Positions 1-10,325 are shown, counted from the first letter of the stretch. The stretch is 54,835 nucleotides of DNA from an uncultured Nitrososphaerota archaeon (GCA_964618805.1 CAZUBM010000013.1:1-54835); one strand, 5' to 3'. Translations and numbers: made by a program. Notes: generated from the letters alone by a model not told the origin.

Positions 1-455
1 TCGATGTCAGAATATCCATGTCCTTTTCCTAGTCTTCCTCCTTCCGGAGAGACGGCCACTGAGCCCATCACTTTAAGGTTAATAGCGAGCAGCCTCCATG
101 GTCCAACCAATTTCCCGTATTCGAAAGCACCTCTTATTGTGGAAGCTCTCGAATAAGCAGAGGAAGGAATCTTCCTTGGATCCAAGAGGAGGAATCCTTT
201 CTTAAGTCGAGGTGTAGCCATAACCAAAATCTTCCCATCTTTAAGGGCGAATTCTCTTACTGGCCTTTGTGGTGAATCTGGATTGCAAAAAATGACTTCC
301 GCCTGCTTATATTCTTCAAGCTGTCTTAGTTTTGCTGCTGCCATCTCAGCTCCAACGAAGTTTGGAATTCTTCCCTTAATTGGCTTTGGGAATCTGGCAA
401 CGCCTCTCTCTTCAAGTAATTTCCAAATCTGCTCCCGTATCTCAGATTTTTTCAT
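1..455 (-). CDS. 5-formyltetrahydrofolate cyclo-ligase family protein (MTHFSD-like), runs off window edge
   Basis: Not in ORF track; manual translation MKKSEIREQIWKLLEERGVARFPKPIKGRIPNFVGAE...NPDSPQ...TPRL...GGRLGKGHGYSDIE shows family motifs. Confidence 0.85.
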   Translation of the reverse strand, partial: MKKSEIREQIWKLLEERGVARFPKPIKGRIPNFVGAEMAAAKLRQLEEYKQAEVIFCNPDSPQRPVREFALKDGKILVMATPRLKKGFLLLDPRKIPSSAYSRASTIRGAFEYGKLVGPWRLLAINLKVMGSVAVSPEGGRLGKGHGYSDI

Positions 456-527
456 GTTATTCAATTAATTAATGTAACAAGCTAAAGAACCTTTATCTCT
501 TTGCAATGTCAGTCTTGCTGACTGAGT

Positions 528-1225
528 ATGAGGCTTGGGTTGATTGTCCCCTCTTCAAATACGACTATGGAAGCTGAGTTTTGGAGAATGGCTCTTGGAT
601 GGGCAACAGTACACACCGCAAGGATGAGGCTCAAAAGAATAACAGTGGATGAGTTAGAAGAGATGGAGCAGCAGATGTTAGAAGCAGCCTTACGTCCGGC
701 GGATGCAAATGTAGATGTAATAGGATATGGCTGCACTTCAGGAAGTCTCTTCAGGGGAAAAGATCATGATGTGGAGATAGAGAGAAAAATAAAGGAGAAA
801 ACTGGAGTCCCTGCCATAGCCACAGCAAGGGCCGTTATCAAGGCTTTGAAGGAACTTCAGATAGAGAAAGTGTGCGTAGCTACCCCATACACTAAGGAGA
901 TAAACGATCTTGAGAGAAGGTTCATCGAGGAAAACGGGATAAAAGTCCTGAGAATAAAGGGCTGGGCATGGTCGATAACATTAAGGTAGGGAGCATGGAT
1001 CCAAGATCGGCCTATGAACTAGCAAAGGAAGTTTACGTTCCAAGAACCCAGGGAATTTTCATCAGCTGCACAAACTTTAGGACAATTGAGGTTATAGCCT
1101 CGCTTGAAAGAGAACTAGGAGTACCCGTAATATCAAGCAACACAGCAACTTTCTGGTACATGATGAGGAAGATGGGAGTCAAAAGAAGACTAGAAGGTCT
1201 TGGAAGCTTGTTGAGAAATCATTAA
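528..1225 (+). pseudogene. Maleate cis-trans isomerase / arylmalonate decarboxylase (Asp/Glu racemase family), single frameshift
   Basis: GLIVPSSNTT, YGCTSGS, ISCTNF and SSN motifs split over ORFs 528..989 and 968..1225; one missing base in AAAGGG (~956-961) would restore RIKGLGMVDN; could be a sequencing error. Confidence 0.8.
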
Positions 1226-1310
1226 GTTATATTAACGTTTGATAATAGTGGTATCTGTCCCTCATTGCCTTTAATAAGTTCAGATCGGATATCGATGGTA
1301 GCTGAGTAAG

Positions 1311-1882
1311 ATGGAACTTATTAATGCTATAAGGGAGAGGAGAAGCATAAGAAGGTTCTTAGATAAACCCGTTCCCAAAGATCTTCTTGAGAAAATTCTA
1401 AGGGAGTGTACTTGGGCCTCATCATCCATGAACACTCAGCCATGGTATTTCTATGTGGTTACTGGAGAGACTAGAGAGAAAATCGTTGAAATTTGCAACT
1501 CTTCTTTCAATTTCCTAGAAGAGAGACTAAGAGAACTCTTTTCCGATAGACACGTTGAATTTGTAAGATAGTTCTTCTCCACATTAGGCGGGGCTCCAAT
1601 GATATTAGCAGTATACACTGACTGATTGAAAGAGCCCCTATATCAGATAGGGGCAATAGAAAGTTGCTCAGCAGCTATACAGAACTTTTTGCTCTGGCTT
1701 ACGCAGAAGGCTTGGGGACTTGCTGAATGACAGGTCCTTTGTGGGTATCAAAAGAAATAAACGAATTCTTTGGCGTTGAAGACAAGGAACTTGTCACTTT
1801 GATAGCTGTGGGGTACCCAGAAAAGATTCCAAGGCCTCCTCCTAGAAAAGAACCATTCATAAAGTGGATAGATTCCCTCTAA
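1311..1882 (+). pseudogene. Nitroreductase family, multiply disrupted
   Basis: RRSIRRF and SSMNTQPW N-terminus; homology continues past TAG 1569, TGA ~1623, a frameshift ~1695 and TGA at the conserved Trp (GLGTC*MTG) to IAVGYP...PPRK and TAA 1880-1882. Confidence 0.85.
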
Positions 1883-1883
1883 G

Positions 1884-3932
1884 CTACTCTGCGGTTAATT
1901 GGCTTTGGCTATGAAGTTTATGGTCCACACGAAGAATCATGTCTAACATCTGCCTTAAGGGTTCTACAGACCTTCTAAGCCAAGAAGCGTACCTCTCGGC
2001 AGAATAACCCATGAATCCAAAGTCAACAGGATAAGGGATCTGGGACTCTATGTACCTTACCTTCTCTGAAATAGGAGTGAGCCTCTTGGCAGCTAAAACA
2101 TGTGATACTCCCTTGCAATACTCTTCAATTGGCTTAGATATCCTTCTTTCGATAACCAGCTCGTTTTTCTCTATAAGCCCAGAATAAAGCTCAGTTTCGC
2201 GCTTCTCTACTAACTTTAAGGCCTTTATTAGGGCCTCTTTAAGCTCCTCTTCACTTGTTGTCTGTGATAGCATCGAAAGACATTTCTCCATCGTCCTCTT
2301 AATCAGGATAGGGGCATCTCTCCTACAGAGTTCTAAGCCTTTGGCTTTAATCCCTCTTTCTCTTAACCTACCGAGGTATCTGGAAGGAACTCCCGAAACA
2401 CCAGAAACATCGCTGAAGAAAGCGATCCAGGTGTAATCGGCTTCCACCTTGAGGCTGTATCCGATCTCCTCTTCCATAGTTCTGATAAGTTTTTGGACAT
2501 TTTCTCGGTCCTTTGAGCCAACTTGGACGAAAAGAGAGTCTACGAGGGCATGAAGCACTTTAAACCCCATTTCTTCAGCTATTCGAATCGATTTGAACAT
2601 TATATCTCTTGCAAGAGCAGTTACGCATTCATACGCCTCTATACTCCCGAATCTCGCGTTCCTATATCCTAGGTAACCAAAGCAGGCGACAAGGATCCAT
2701 TTAATTGCTTTTTGGGCTGAGTCATACCTTTTAGTCTCATCTGGTGGAGCAGATCTGGCCAATGCCTTCAACTTAGCTCTTCTCTCAACTAGCTTGCCCA
2801 CCACCTCAGCTACAAGCCCCCTGTGTCTGAGGCAAATCATGTGTCCTACTTCTGGAACCTCTAACTTGGGACCTGAACAGTCAGGATCATTGACTGTCTC
2901 TGGGCTTATGTTGTTTTTTGCCATTATCGAAGGGAACAACGAGTTGAAGTCGATTTGGACAACATTCCAGTAGACTCCTGGCTTAGGAGTTAGAACAACT
3001 CCTCCTCTATCTGCCCTTAAAAGCTCGCTGGGACTCTTCCAGCCTTCGATCGTTACCCTTACTTCCGGTACCAAATATCTCCATTCAAGAGCTTTAAATG
3101 CCTCAATACTCGTGAGAACCTTCCCTATTGATGTAGAAACTGCTATCCTCAGGGGAATTGCAGATAACCTGCTCCACTCGATAAGTCCAAGCAGGTCCAC
3201 ATCTAAAGGAGGAGGCTTGTCTAGAACCACGAGCTTCGTGGCATCTACGGCTGCTTTGAAACCAGGTACCTCTTCCATTAACCTTCCCCAACCCCTTCCC
3301 TCGAAAATCAGCAAGTGTGGACTAAGATCCACCAGCAGATCAATAACTTCCTGTATTCTGCTTACAGGAATGGTTCTTGACCAGCCATCTGATTCCAAGA
3401 CAATCCTATCAATGGCATGCCAAGATGGCTTGTTTGGTCTTCCAGCCCAACCTTCAAATCTTAGCCACAGAGGTTGAAGTTCAGGCAGAGAGTACTCAAG
3501 GGAATCTGGCTCCTCCAATAGTTTAACTGCACTTTTTTCTATACAAATGTACGATGAAGCTGTAATTCCTAGGCTTTTCAATGCCCTCTGGATCCTTGAG
3601 GGGAATAGGTTCCATATTTCTGCTACTCCGCTTTCCTTGAGGTGTTTGAGAACTCTCTTTGACTCAGAGGGCTTAATTTCAGCGACTAGGACTCTGGCTT
3701 CCTTTTTATAGCGAGGAGGAAGGTACCACCTTTCAACATTTAGTCTCTTAACTCCATTAGCCTGATCGAGCATATTTATCAGTTCTTCTAGGCCAAATCC
3801 GTTCTTCGGGGTTAGATACAGCCTTTCAGACCAAGGTATCTGAGCTTTAATGATTTCACTGGAGTCAGAGATAAGCTTCACCGAGATCAAGTCCCTTGTC
3901 AGCTCTGCGTCCAGGAGCCATCCTTCTAGCAT
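1884..3932 (-). CDS. polB2: Family B DNA polymerase, PolB2 (Dpo2) subfamily
   Basis: DFNSLFPSIM, KWILVACFGYLGY, and HALVDSLFV in place of YGDTDS; degenerate exonuclease domain; neighbouring iRadA and arCOG07300. Confidence 0.88.
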   Translation of the reverse strand: MLEGWLLDAELTRDLISVKLISDSSEIIKAQIPWSERLYLTPKNGFGLEELINMLDQANGVKRLNVERWYLPPRYKKEARVLVAEIKPSESKRVLKHLKESGVAEIWNLFPSRIQRALKSLGITASSYICIEKSAVKLLEEPDSLEYSLPELQPLWLRFEGWAGRPNKPSWHAIDRIVLESDGWSRTIPVSRIQEVIDLLVDLSPHLLIFEGRGWGRLMEEVPGFKAAVDATKLVVLDKPPPLDVDLLGLIEWSRLSAIPLRIAVSTSIGKVLTSIEAFKALEWRYLVPEVRVTIEGWKSPSELLRADRGGVVLTPKPGVYWNVVQIDFNSLFPSIMAKNNISPETVNDPDCSGPKLEVPEVGHMICLRHRGLVAEVVGKLVERRAKLKALARSAPPDETKRYDSAQKAIKWILVACFGYLGYRNARFGSIEAYECVTALARDIMFKSIRIAEEMGFKVLHALVDSLFVQVGSKDRENVQKLIRTMEEEIGYSLKVEADYTWIAFFSDVSGVSGVPSRYLGRLRERGIKAKGLELCRRDAPILIKRTMEKCLSMLSQTTSEEELKEALIKALKLVEKRETELYSGLIEKNELVIERRISKPIEEYCKGVSHVLAAKRLTPISEKVRYIESQIPYPVDFGFMGYSAERYASWLRRSVEPLRQMLDMILRVDHKLHSQSQLTAE

Positions 3933-4089
3933 AATCAAACCTCAACATGAGGTATTTTGTACTTAGTAGTATATAGTGGACACTAGAGTAACTTAAAAAG
4001 TCTTTATGGAAAACTTTTCTCTAATATCTCTGTAGCTACAAAAAGTTCCTCAACCTTTTTCAACGGTAATCGCTAGCTCACTCTGAGTT

Positions 4090-4776
4090 ATGTTAGCCCG
4101 GGTGACATGCCAGGAAGTGGCCTTATCTACTAGAATAGGAGCACTAGATAATTTACTTGGAGGGGGTATAGAAGAAAATTCACTTACAGAATTCTACTCT
4201 CCGGACAATGAACTTTTATCACTCTTATGCCATCGGCTTGCGGTCCTATCAGCAGAAAGGGGGAAAACGCTCTTGCTCTATATTCAGGAGTTTGGCGGGC
4301 TGGATCCATATCTCCTAAAAACAATGGCTGAAAGACTGTCTGTCTCTTGGAATTTAGTAGATAGCAACCTTAAGATCGCTAGAGCGTTTAAGTTTGAGGA
4401 TGCTTTAGAACTGGTTAATTCTGCAGTTAAAGAGAATTCTGAATTCCTCTTAGTATTTGATCCTTACTTGCACGTTGAATTCTGCGATTTGCAGAGTGCT
4501 TCAAGGCTTACTTGGCTCATGAAGTTGCCTTCCGCTGATAGAACTGTAATTCTATTCAATAGGCCCATAGAGGATAGGTTTTCTCCCTTGGGTGGGAACT
4601 ATCATGCCCATTCTGTGCACATACTAGTAAGGTTGGACCCTGTAGGTGGAAGAGGAACCGTTAAGATCAGGCTAGTAAAGCACCCCTCACTTCCTCCTGC
4701 CTCAGCTCTGATAAAGAAGAGAGAACTGGAGGGTTTGAAATGGGAAGGTCAGCACCTACTCTCCGAATGGCTTTAA
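4090..4776 (+). CDS. Inactivated RadA/RecA-fold protein (iRadA) associated with PolB2
   Basis: STRIGALDNLLGGGIE..LTEFY start, Walker A replaced by SPDNELLS, PLGGN..AH and RLVKHP RadA-like C-terminus. Confidence 0.8.
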   Translation: MLARVTCQEVALSTRIGALDNLLGGGIEENSLTEFYSPDNELLSLLCHRLAVLSAERGKTLLLYIQEFGGLDPYLLKTMAERLSVSWNLVDSNLKIARAFKFEDALELVNSAVKENSEFLLVFDPYLHVEFCDLQSASRLTWLMKLPSADRTVILFNRPIEDRFSPLGGNYHAHSVHILVRLDPVGGRGTVKIRLVKHPSLPPASALIKKRELEGLKWEGQHLLSEWL

Positions 4777-4997
4777 GGCGAGAGATTGAGAGAATTGAGA
4801 AGATAGCTAGAGTTGAGAGAGATTCACATACTAAAAAAGCTCTCAAGGAACTAATAGCTTCTGCTAACAAGTTGTTGGACGCGTATTCAGTTGATCCTCC
4901 GGCTGATGCAAGGGAGGTTTTGATGATGAGCGCCATAGTAGAGCTGTTTGTTAGGCTGGAAGAACTCAAGTCCAGGTTAAATCGGGACACGCCTTGA
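4740..4997 (+). CDS. Small helical protein of arCOG07300 type (PolB2 operon)
   Basis: MGRSAPTLR N-terminus typical of the family; overlaps the iRadA 3' end. Confidence 0.7.
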   Translation: MGRSAPTLRMALRREIERIEKIARVERDSHTKKALKELIASANKLLDAYSVDPPADAREVLMMSAIVELFVRLEELKSRLNRDTP

Positions 4998-5073
4998 ACT
5001 TCTAAAGCTCGCTTTCCCAAGCAATTCTAAGAAGGAAGTCAAGTGCAGATTTCAGCCGAGAAAGTCTAAGGAA

Positions 5074-5136
5074 GGGTCGCCTTAATGCCCACTTCCTCAT
5101 CCCCTAAGTCGGTGCCGGGAGTATAGGCTCATCCCC
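5074..5136 (-). ncRNA. Candidate C/D box or kink-turn sRNA (degenerate)
   Basis: GC-rich intergenic block: GGGATGA-16nt-CCGA-5nt-GGGATGA-16nt-GCGA with GGG/CCC ends; CAAAAACATTAAG promoter-like motif ~25 nt upstream. Confidence 0.4.
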
Positions 5137-5207
5137 ATTGGATAGTATAATATCTCTTCTCTTAATGTTTTTGGGCTAAAAAATACTTGATGCATTAGAA
5201 CCGGGAA

Positions 5208-7034
5208 CTAGCTCTTTAACTTCCTGCAAATAAAAAGTATGAAGAGCAGTAAGATAGAAGCACTTATGGGATTTAATAGGACAAGCAAGACCTTCTCAAG
5301 TCCAAGCTCCTCCGGAGAGAAGCTTTCAGCTATAACAAGTTCTATAACTTCGGACCTTATCATTTCTATGTCAACATCCTCAACCCATCTTGCTCTTAAC
5401 TCGTATTTACCTTCGATTATAGGGATCCATTCATATCTGTAGCACCCATAGTCGTCCGTACTAGTCACACCGAGTATCTTCCATCTATCAGACCCTTTGG
5501 TTCTGTAATCGATGAAGATTATTCCAACAACGGGAGGCTCCAATACTCCGAATATCCTAACAGGTTTTCCCGTTTGCTCCCAATACTTGTCCAAATTGCA
5601 TGATAATTGAACTTTTTTGATAGGAAAGCCCCACTTTCTGAATTCTCTGCTGAGATCTTCACCAGCAGCGACGCTAAGAAGGTAGACAAAAGCATTAATT
5701 CTACGATCGTTAGAAATTCTTGGGAAGACGGTATATCGATCAACAAGCTTGAAATATCTAGTGAAGAGTTCCCATCCATATTTCTCCTTTAACTTAACCA
5801 TCATTCCGGTGAGGACCTCTACATTGATTTCTGAGAAGTTTGAACCACTGATTTCGTATCTCTCTAAGGCTCTTAAGGCCTTGTTAACTTCTCTTTTATA
5901 TATCTCATTAAATCCAAGTTTTTCAAGCAGATATAGCTTAGCTATTTCTGCAAGCATCTCTGAGAAGTCTCCATAAAGAAAATCATAGCTTCCCAGGAAG
6001 ACATGACCTAATTCATGAAAAAGAATACAAATTAGCTCCTCTGGATCTCCCCCAACCTCAGGAAGCGTCCATACATCGATAAATGTGGGATTGCCTGCTA
6101 AACCGGATACTGGCATCCCTAGTCTCCAGTATATGTCCTTCGTAAAGTCTAATACTATCCTGTTTCCCTCATAGGGAAGCCTTCTAGCAAATTTTATCAT
6201 TAGAGAATATACATCGTCCAAAAAAGGAACTATTGAGGGAATTGATTGGTTTGCAAACGGTGGATACAATACAGCAAAGTGTTCCGTATCTGCTCTCATA
6301 GCATAAGCTGTTGATCTCCAAAGCTGACCCTTAGTAGCCCAGTAGAGCGCATTCTTGACAAACCCTTTTCTAAACCAAGGTCCGACCCCATAAAGCCCGC
6401 AGATTATAACTCTACCTTTCCTAATTTCCCTAACCAGAACAACAGGTCTTCCTCCAGCCTCCATTATAACATCAAAATTTCGAAGATCCGAGCCTCCTGT
6501 AAATACCACCTGAGCTACAGGAGTAGCGTCATATAGGATGTTTGGGCTGTTAAGTAGCTGGTGATCGGACACGAAGCAGACCTCAAAATCTTCAGGAGAA
6601 GAAATTTCTATGTCAAAGAACACTATTTTTTCACCAGATGTGAAGTCCAGAAAGGCTCCTCCGCTTTCAAGCCACTCTAGAAGTCTCCAATTATTTGATA
6701 TGATCCACTCTTTCACATCATCGTGTCCGACTCCATAATCGAATATTATAGCCGAGAAGTCAAAAGGATCAACTTCATTAAGTTCTTCAGGCAAGACTGC
6801 GCGATATTTTATTGAGAGAACCATTAAGTTAGCTGGCATGGATAATCTGTCTTTATATACTATCAGAACAGGTCTTCTAACATCTATTCCATAAGCCTGG
6901 CCAAATGTTGTAGAGAGGGAAAAGCAAGCAAGCTCTATTACCCCACTGTTTAGTAGCATAAAAGTAAGGAGACTTGCCAGTATCCTTGCAGATCTCAAGC
7001 CATGAATAAGTGCATAAAAAGCCATTATAATCAT
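5208..7034 (-). CDS. Secreted, C-terminally anchored zinc metallopeptidase, M60-like
   Basis: Hydrophobic N-terminus; HELGH-x12-E(MLAE) gluzincin motif; LSVAAGEDLS..F.KWG M60-like tail; Ig-like segment; C-terminal TM plus basic residues. Confidence 0.65.
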   Translation of the reverse strand: MIIMAFYALIHGLRSARILASLLTFMLLNSGVIELACFSLSTTFGQAYGIDVRRPVLIVYKDRLSMPANLMVLSIKYRAVLPEELNEVDPFDFSAIIFDYGVGHDDVKEWIISNNWRLLEWLESGGAFLDFTSGEKIVFFDIEISSPEDFEVCFVSDHQLLNSPNILYDATPVAQVVFTGGSDLRNFDVIMEAGGRPVVLVREIRKGRVIICGLYGVGPWFRKGFVKNALYWATKGQLWRSTAYAMRADTEHFAVLYPPFANQSIPSIVPFLDDVYSLMIKFARRLPYEGNRIVLDFTKDIYWRLGMPVSGLAGNPTFIDVWTLPEVGGDPEELICILFHELGHVFLGSYDFLYGDFSEMLAEIAKLYLLEKLGFNEIYKREVNKALRALERYEISGSNFSEINVEVLTGMMVKLKEKYGWELFTRYFKLVDRYTVFPRISNDRRINAFVYLLSVAAGEDLSREFRKWGFPIKKVQLSCNLDKYWEQTGKPVRIFGVLEPPVVGIIFIDYRTKGSDRWKILGVTSTDDYGCYRYEWIPIIEGKYELRARWVEDVDIEMIRSEVIELVIAESFSPEELGLEKVLLVLLNPISASILLLFILFICRKLKS

Positions 7035-7147
7035 AATTATCCATATGTCAAGATCTCCTAACAGAGATTCCTTTTAGGTGAAAAGAAACCTCCTCTTCAC
7101 ACCATATCTTTTTTTAGATGTAGGAGCCAGTTGTTAAGGGAGTATAG

Positions 7148-8251
7148 ATGGCCAAAATAACGATATCTGTAATAAAAGCCGATATAGGGAGTTTGGCTGG
7201 GCATCATGTTGTTCCAGATCAATTGTTGGAGGTCGCGAGAACCTCATTAACGGAGGCCAAGAGAAAAAGGAATATTGTAGACTTTTACGTGACTTCAGTA
7301 GGAGACGATCTACAACTTATCATGACGCACAAGAAGGGAGAGAATTCTCCAGATATACACGGTCTTGCCTGGGAGATCTTTAAAAAAGCAACAGAAGTCG
7401 CAAAAGAGCTTGGGCTCTATGGTGCTGGCCAAGATCTCCTTTCTGATGCCTTTTCTGGTAACCTTAGGGGAATGGGACCAGGGTTTGCTGAGATAGAGAT
7501 AGAAGAAAGACCTTCAGAGCCCTTTGTCGTTTTCATGGCCGATAAAACGGAACCAGGCGCTTTCAACCTTCCAATGTTCAAGATATTTGCCGATCCATTC
7601 AATACAGCAGGTCTAGTTATTTCACCGAGGCTTCACGAAGGCTTTATCTTTGAAATTCTGGATGTCCGTGAAGGAAAAGCGGTTGAATTATCGAGTCCCG
7701 AGGAAATGTACGATATCCTTGCCCTAATAGGAACTCCTGGAAGGTATATCGTGAGGAGAGTCTATACTAAAAGGGAGAAGGAAGTTGCAGCAGCCGTCAG
7801 CACTACCAGGCTAAGCCTGATAGCCGGAAGGTATGTAGGTAAAGACGATCCGGTTGCCATTGTAAGGGCCCAAAGTAAATTCCCTGCATTAGGAGAAATC
7901 TTAGAGCCCTTTGCAATGTCCCATTTGGTTGCAGGTTGGATGAGAGGATCGCATCATGGTCCTTTGATGCCTGTCTCGGTTAAAGATGCGAGACCAAGCA
8001 GATTTGATGGACCTCCAAGGGTTGTAGGGCTAGGATTCAATGTTAAAAACGGTAAGTTGATAGGGCCAAGTGATTTGCTTGCAGATGTTTCTTTTGATAG
8101 AGCAAGAGCGATTGCAAATGAAATCGCTGACTATCTTAGAAAGCATGGTCCATTCATGCCTCACAGGCTAGGGCCTGATGAGATGGAGTATACCACACTC
8201 CCAGATGTTTTGGAAAAGCTAAAGGACAGATTCAAGAAAATTGAAGCATGA
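7148..8251 (+). CDS. fbp: Bifunctional fructose-1,6-bisphosphate aldolase/phosphatase (class V)
   Basis: SVIKADIG, GDD, LYGAGQDLL, GNLRGMGPG, DKTEPGAFN, YVGKDDP, GWMRGSH, EMEYT. Confidence 0.97.
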   Translation: MAKITISVIKADIGSLAGHHVVPDQLLEVARTSLTEAKRKRNIVDFYVTSVGDDLQLIMTHKKGENSPDIHGLAWEIFKKATEVAKELGLYGAGQDLLSDAFSGNLRGMGPGFAEIEIEERPSEPFVVFMADKTEPGAFNLPMFKIFADPFNTAGLVISPRLHEGFIFEILDVREGKAVELSSPEEMYDILALIGTPGRYIVRRVYTKREKEVAAAVSTTRLSLIAGRYVGKDDPVAIVRAQSKFPALGEILEPFAMSHLVAGWMRGSHHGPLMPVSVKDARPSRFDGPPRVVGLGFNVKNGKLIGPSDLLADVSFDRARAIANEIADYLRKHGPFMPHRLGPDEMEYTTLPDVLEKLKDRFKKIEA

Positions 8252-8328
8252 AACTCTAGAAAAACTATTAGCTACCTTCCTCACTCTTCTTTACCTCCTG
8301 ACAGGAAGGTAAGCTTGCTCGTAAAAAG

Positions 8329-10050
8329 CTAGAATTCAATTTTGAACTTTGATATATGACCTAACACATCCGAAAGAGTTCTAGCTTTTAAAACATCTGT
8401 CATGAGCCTCGTAGCTTCCTCCCTGCTTATGGACCGTATTATTTTCTTAGCCCTTGGAATTAAGGAAGGGCTCATACTAAACTCATCTAGACCCATTCCT
8501 ACAAGCAAAGGAATGGCCTTGGGGTCGGATGCCATCTCTCCGCACATTCCAACCTCTTTTCCAGCTCTATGGGCTTCATCTATTATCTTATGAATTATTC
8601 TCAGCATCGCCGGATGAAATGGATTATAAAGTCCTGAGACACTTGCATTCCCTCTATCAGCGGCCATTACGTACTGAGTTAAGTCATTTGTTCCTATACT
8701 AAAGAAATCAACTTCTTCAGCAAGGACATCGACACTTAGGGCTGATGCAGGAGTTTCAATCATAGTACCTACCTTAATCTCTTTAAATGGTATTCCTTCA
8801 GATTCTAATTCATCCATCGTTTCTTTCAACAATTCCTTAGCTCTAATGATTTCCTCTATCGTCGTAACCATCGGAAACATCACCATGAAGTTACTCTTTC
8901 TTCTAGCCCTCAAGATCGCCTTTAACTGAACCTTCATGATGCTAGGTTTGTCTAATGTAAGCCTAATACCTCTCCATCCTAAAAAGGGGTTTGCCTCCTC
9001 AGGCATCCTCATGTAAGGAAGGGGCTTATCACATCCTACGTCTAAGGTCCTTACGATGATGGGTTTATCCTCCATCAGCTCCCCTATTTTGAGGAAAATT
9101 TCAAAGAGCTCTTCTTCTGTAGGCATGCTATCCCTGTCAGTATACATGAACTCCGTTCTAAGCAAGCCTATGCCCTCAGCTCCATAACGAATGGCCTCTT
9201 TTACATCTTCTAGGTTTCCAACATTCGCAAATACTTTGAACCTTGCTCCATCTGTGGTGATAGCTGGAAGCATCGCCTCTTTCGCTAGCTCTGCAAACAA
9301 GACTTCTTCCTTTTCCTTCCTTTTCTGATATTTTGATATCACATCATCTGTGGGATTGAGCAGTACTAATCCTTCATCTCCATCTACTATAATCAGTTCT
9401 CCACTCTTCACCTTTGTTGAAAAGTCTCCAGTGCCTACAACTGCTGGAATCTTAAGTGTTCTTGCAACTATTGCAACATGAGAAGTTGGGCCTCCCTTAT
9501 CTGTCACAAAAGCAAGTACCATCCTCTTATCCAGAGCGGCTATATCGCTGGGAAGGAGTTCATCAGCTACTATAACGGATTTAACAGTGAGCTTCTCTCT
9601 CTTCCTTTCCTTACCAATAAGAAAGCTTATGACGAGTTCTTTAACATCCTTAACGTCCATGACTCTTTCTCTCATATACTCGCTCTCCATGCTCCTAAAT
9701 AGGGAAATAACACGTTCTAGCACCTTTTCAACTGCAAACTCTGCACAGACTCTTTCCGTAGAGATCATCTCCTCAACAGGTTTGATGAAAGAGGATTCGT
9801 CTTCAAGCATCATGAGATGAGCCTCGTAAATCTCTGCTTCCTTTTCTCCTACTTCTCTCCTAACTCTATCTACCAGATCTGTTAGGTATTCCTTTGCTTT
9901 TTCCAAGCTTTGGTGAAATCTTCTTATCTCAGCTTCAACAAGATCGGGAGAGATTTCTTTTTTAACAATCTCCCTTCTTTCTCTCTTGAATAAGTAAGCT
10001 CTTCCTACAGCTATCCCTGGAGATGCAGCTATCCCTCTAAACTTCTCCAC
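8329..10050 (-). CDS. ptsI: PTS enzyme I (PEP-protein phosphotransferase)
   Basis: GIAASPGIAVG, GGPTSHVAI (phospho-His), GIGLLRTEF, EANPFLGWRGIR, SIGTNDLTQY, MCGEMA; 573 aa. Confidence 0.97.
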   Translation of the reverse strand: MEKFRGIAASPGIAVGRAYLFKRERREIVKKEISPDLVEAEIRRFHQSLEKAKEYLTDLVDRVRREVGEKEAEIYEAHLMMLEDESSFIKPVEEMISTERVCAEFAVEKVLERVISLFRSMESEYMRERVMDVKDVKELVISFLIGKERKREKLTVKSVIVADELLPSDIAALDKRMVLAFVTDKGGPTSHVAIVARTLKIPAVVGTGDFSTKVKSGELIIVDGDEGLVLLNPTDDVISKYQKRKEKEEVLFAELAKEAMLPAITTDGARFKVFANVGNLEDVKEAIRYGAEGIGLLRTEFMYTDRDSMPTEEELFEIFLKIGELMEDKPIIVRTLDVGCDKPLPYMRMPEEANPFLGWRGIRLTLDKPSIMKVQLKAILRARRKSNFMVMFPMVTTIEEIIRAKELLKETMDELESEGIPFKEIKVGTMIETPASALSVDVLAEEVDFFSIGTNDLTQYVMAADRGNASVSGLYNPFHPAMLRIIHKIIDEAHRAGKEVGMCGEMASDPKAIPLLVGMGLDEFSMSPSLIPRAKKIIRSISREEATRLMTDVLKARTLSDVLGHISKFKIEF

Positions 10051-10325
10051 TACTCTTCCTCCCCAAACTTGTTTTTCACTAAAGAAACGAGCGTATTAAC
10101 AGCTTCCTCAGCATCGGGTCCTTCTGCAGTGATCGTTATGATGTGGCCGCACTCTGCTCCTAGAGATAAAATACCGAGAATACTCTTAGCATCGGCCTCA
10201 TTTCCATCTTTTTTAACTTTAATTTGAGATTTAAACTTCTTGGCAGTTTGAACAAATAGAGATGCTGGTCTAGCATGTAAGCCTACCTTGTTCAAGAGTT
10301 TTACGCTTGCTTTTACCCTTGCCAT
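10050..10325 (-). CDS. ptsH: Phosphocarrier protein HPr
   Basis: GLHARPAS (His15) and DAKSILGILSLG (Ser46); likely start ATG 10325 after AGGGG; stop overlaps the ptsI start. Confidence 0.95.
   Translation of the reverse strand: MARVKASVKLLNKVGLHARPASLFVQTAKKFKSQIKVKKDGNEADAKSILGILSLGAECGHIITITAEGPDAEEAVNTLVSLVKNKFGEEE

Noticed and set aside
950-970. Programmed frameshift in the maleate isomerase gene
   Set aside because: No canonical slippery heptamer or evident stimulator; the neighbouring gene is decayed; a simple indel or error is more likely
1311-1882. In-frame stops as stop-codon recoding (Sec, Pyl or alternative code)
   Set aside because: All three stop types occur alongside frameshifts, two replace Trp by a single G-to-A change, and intact genes end in TAA, TAG and TGA
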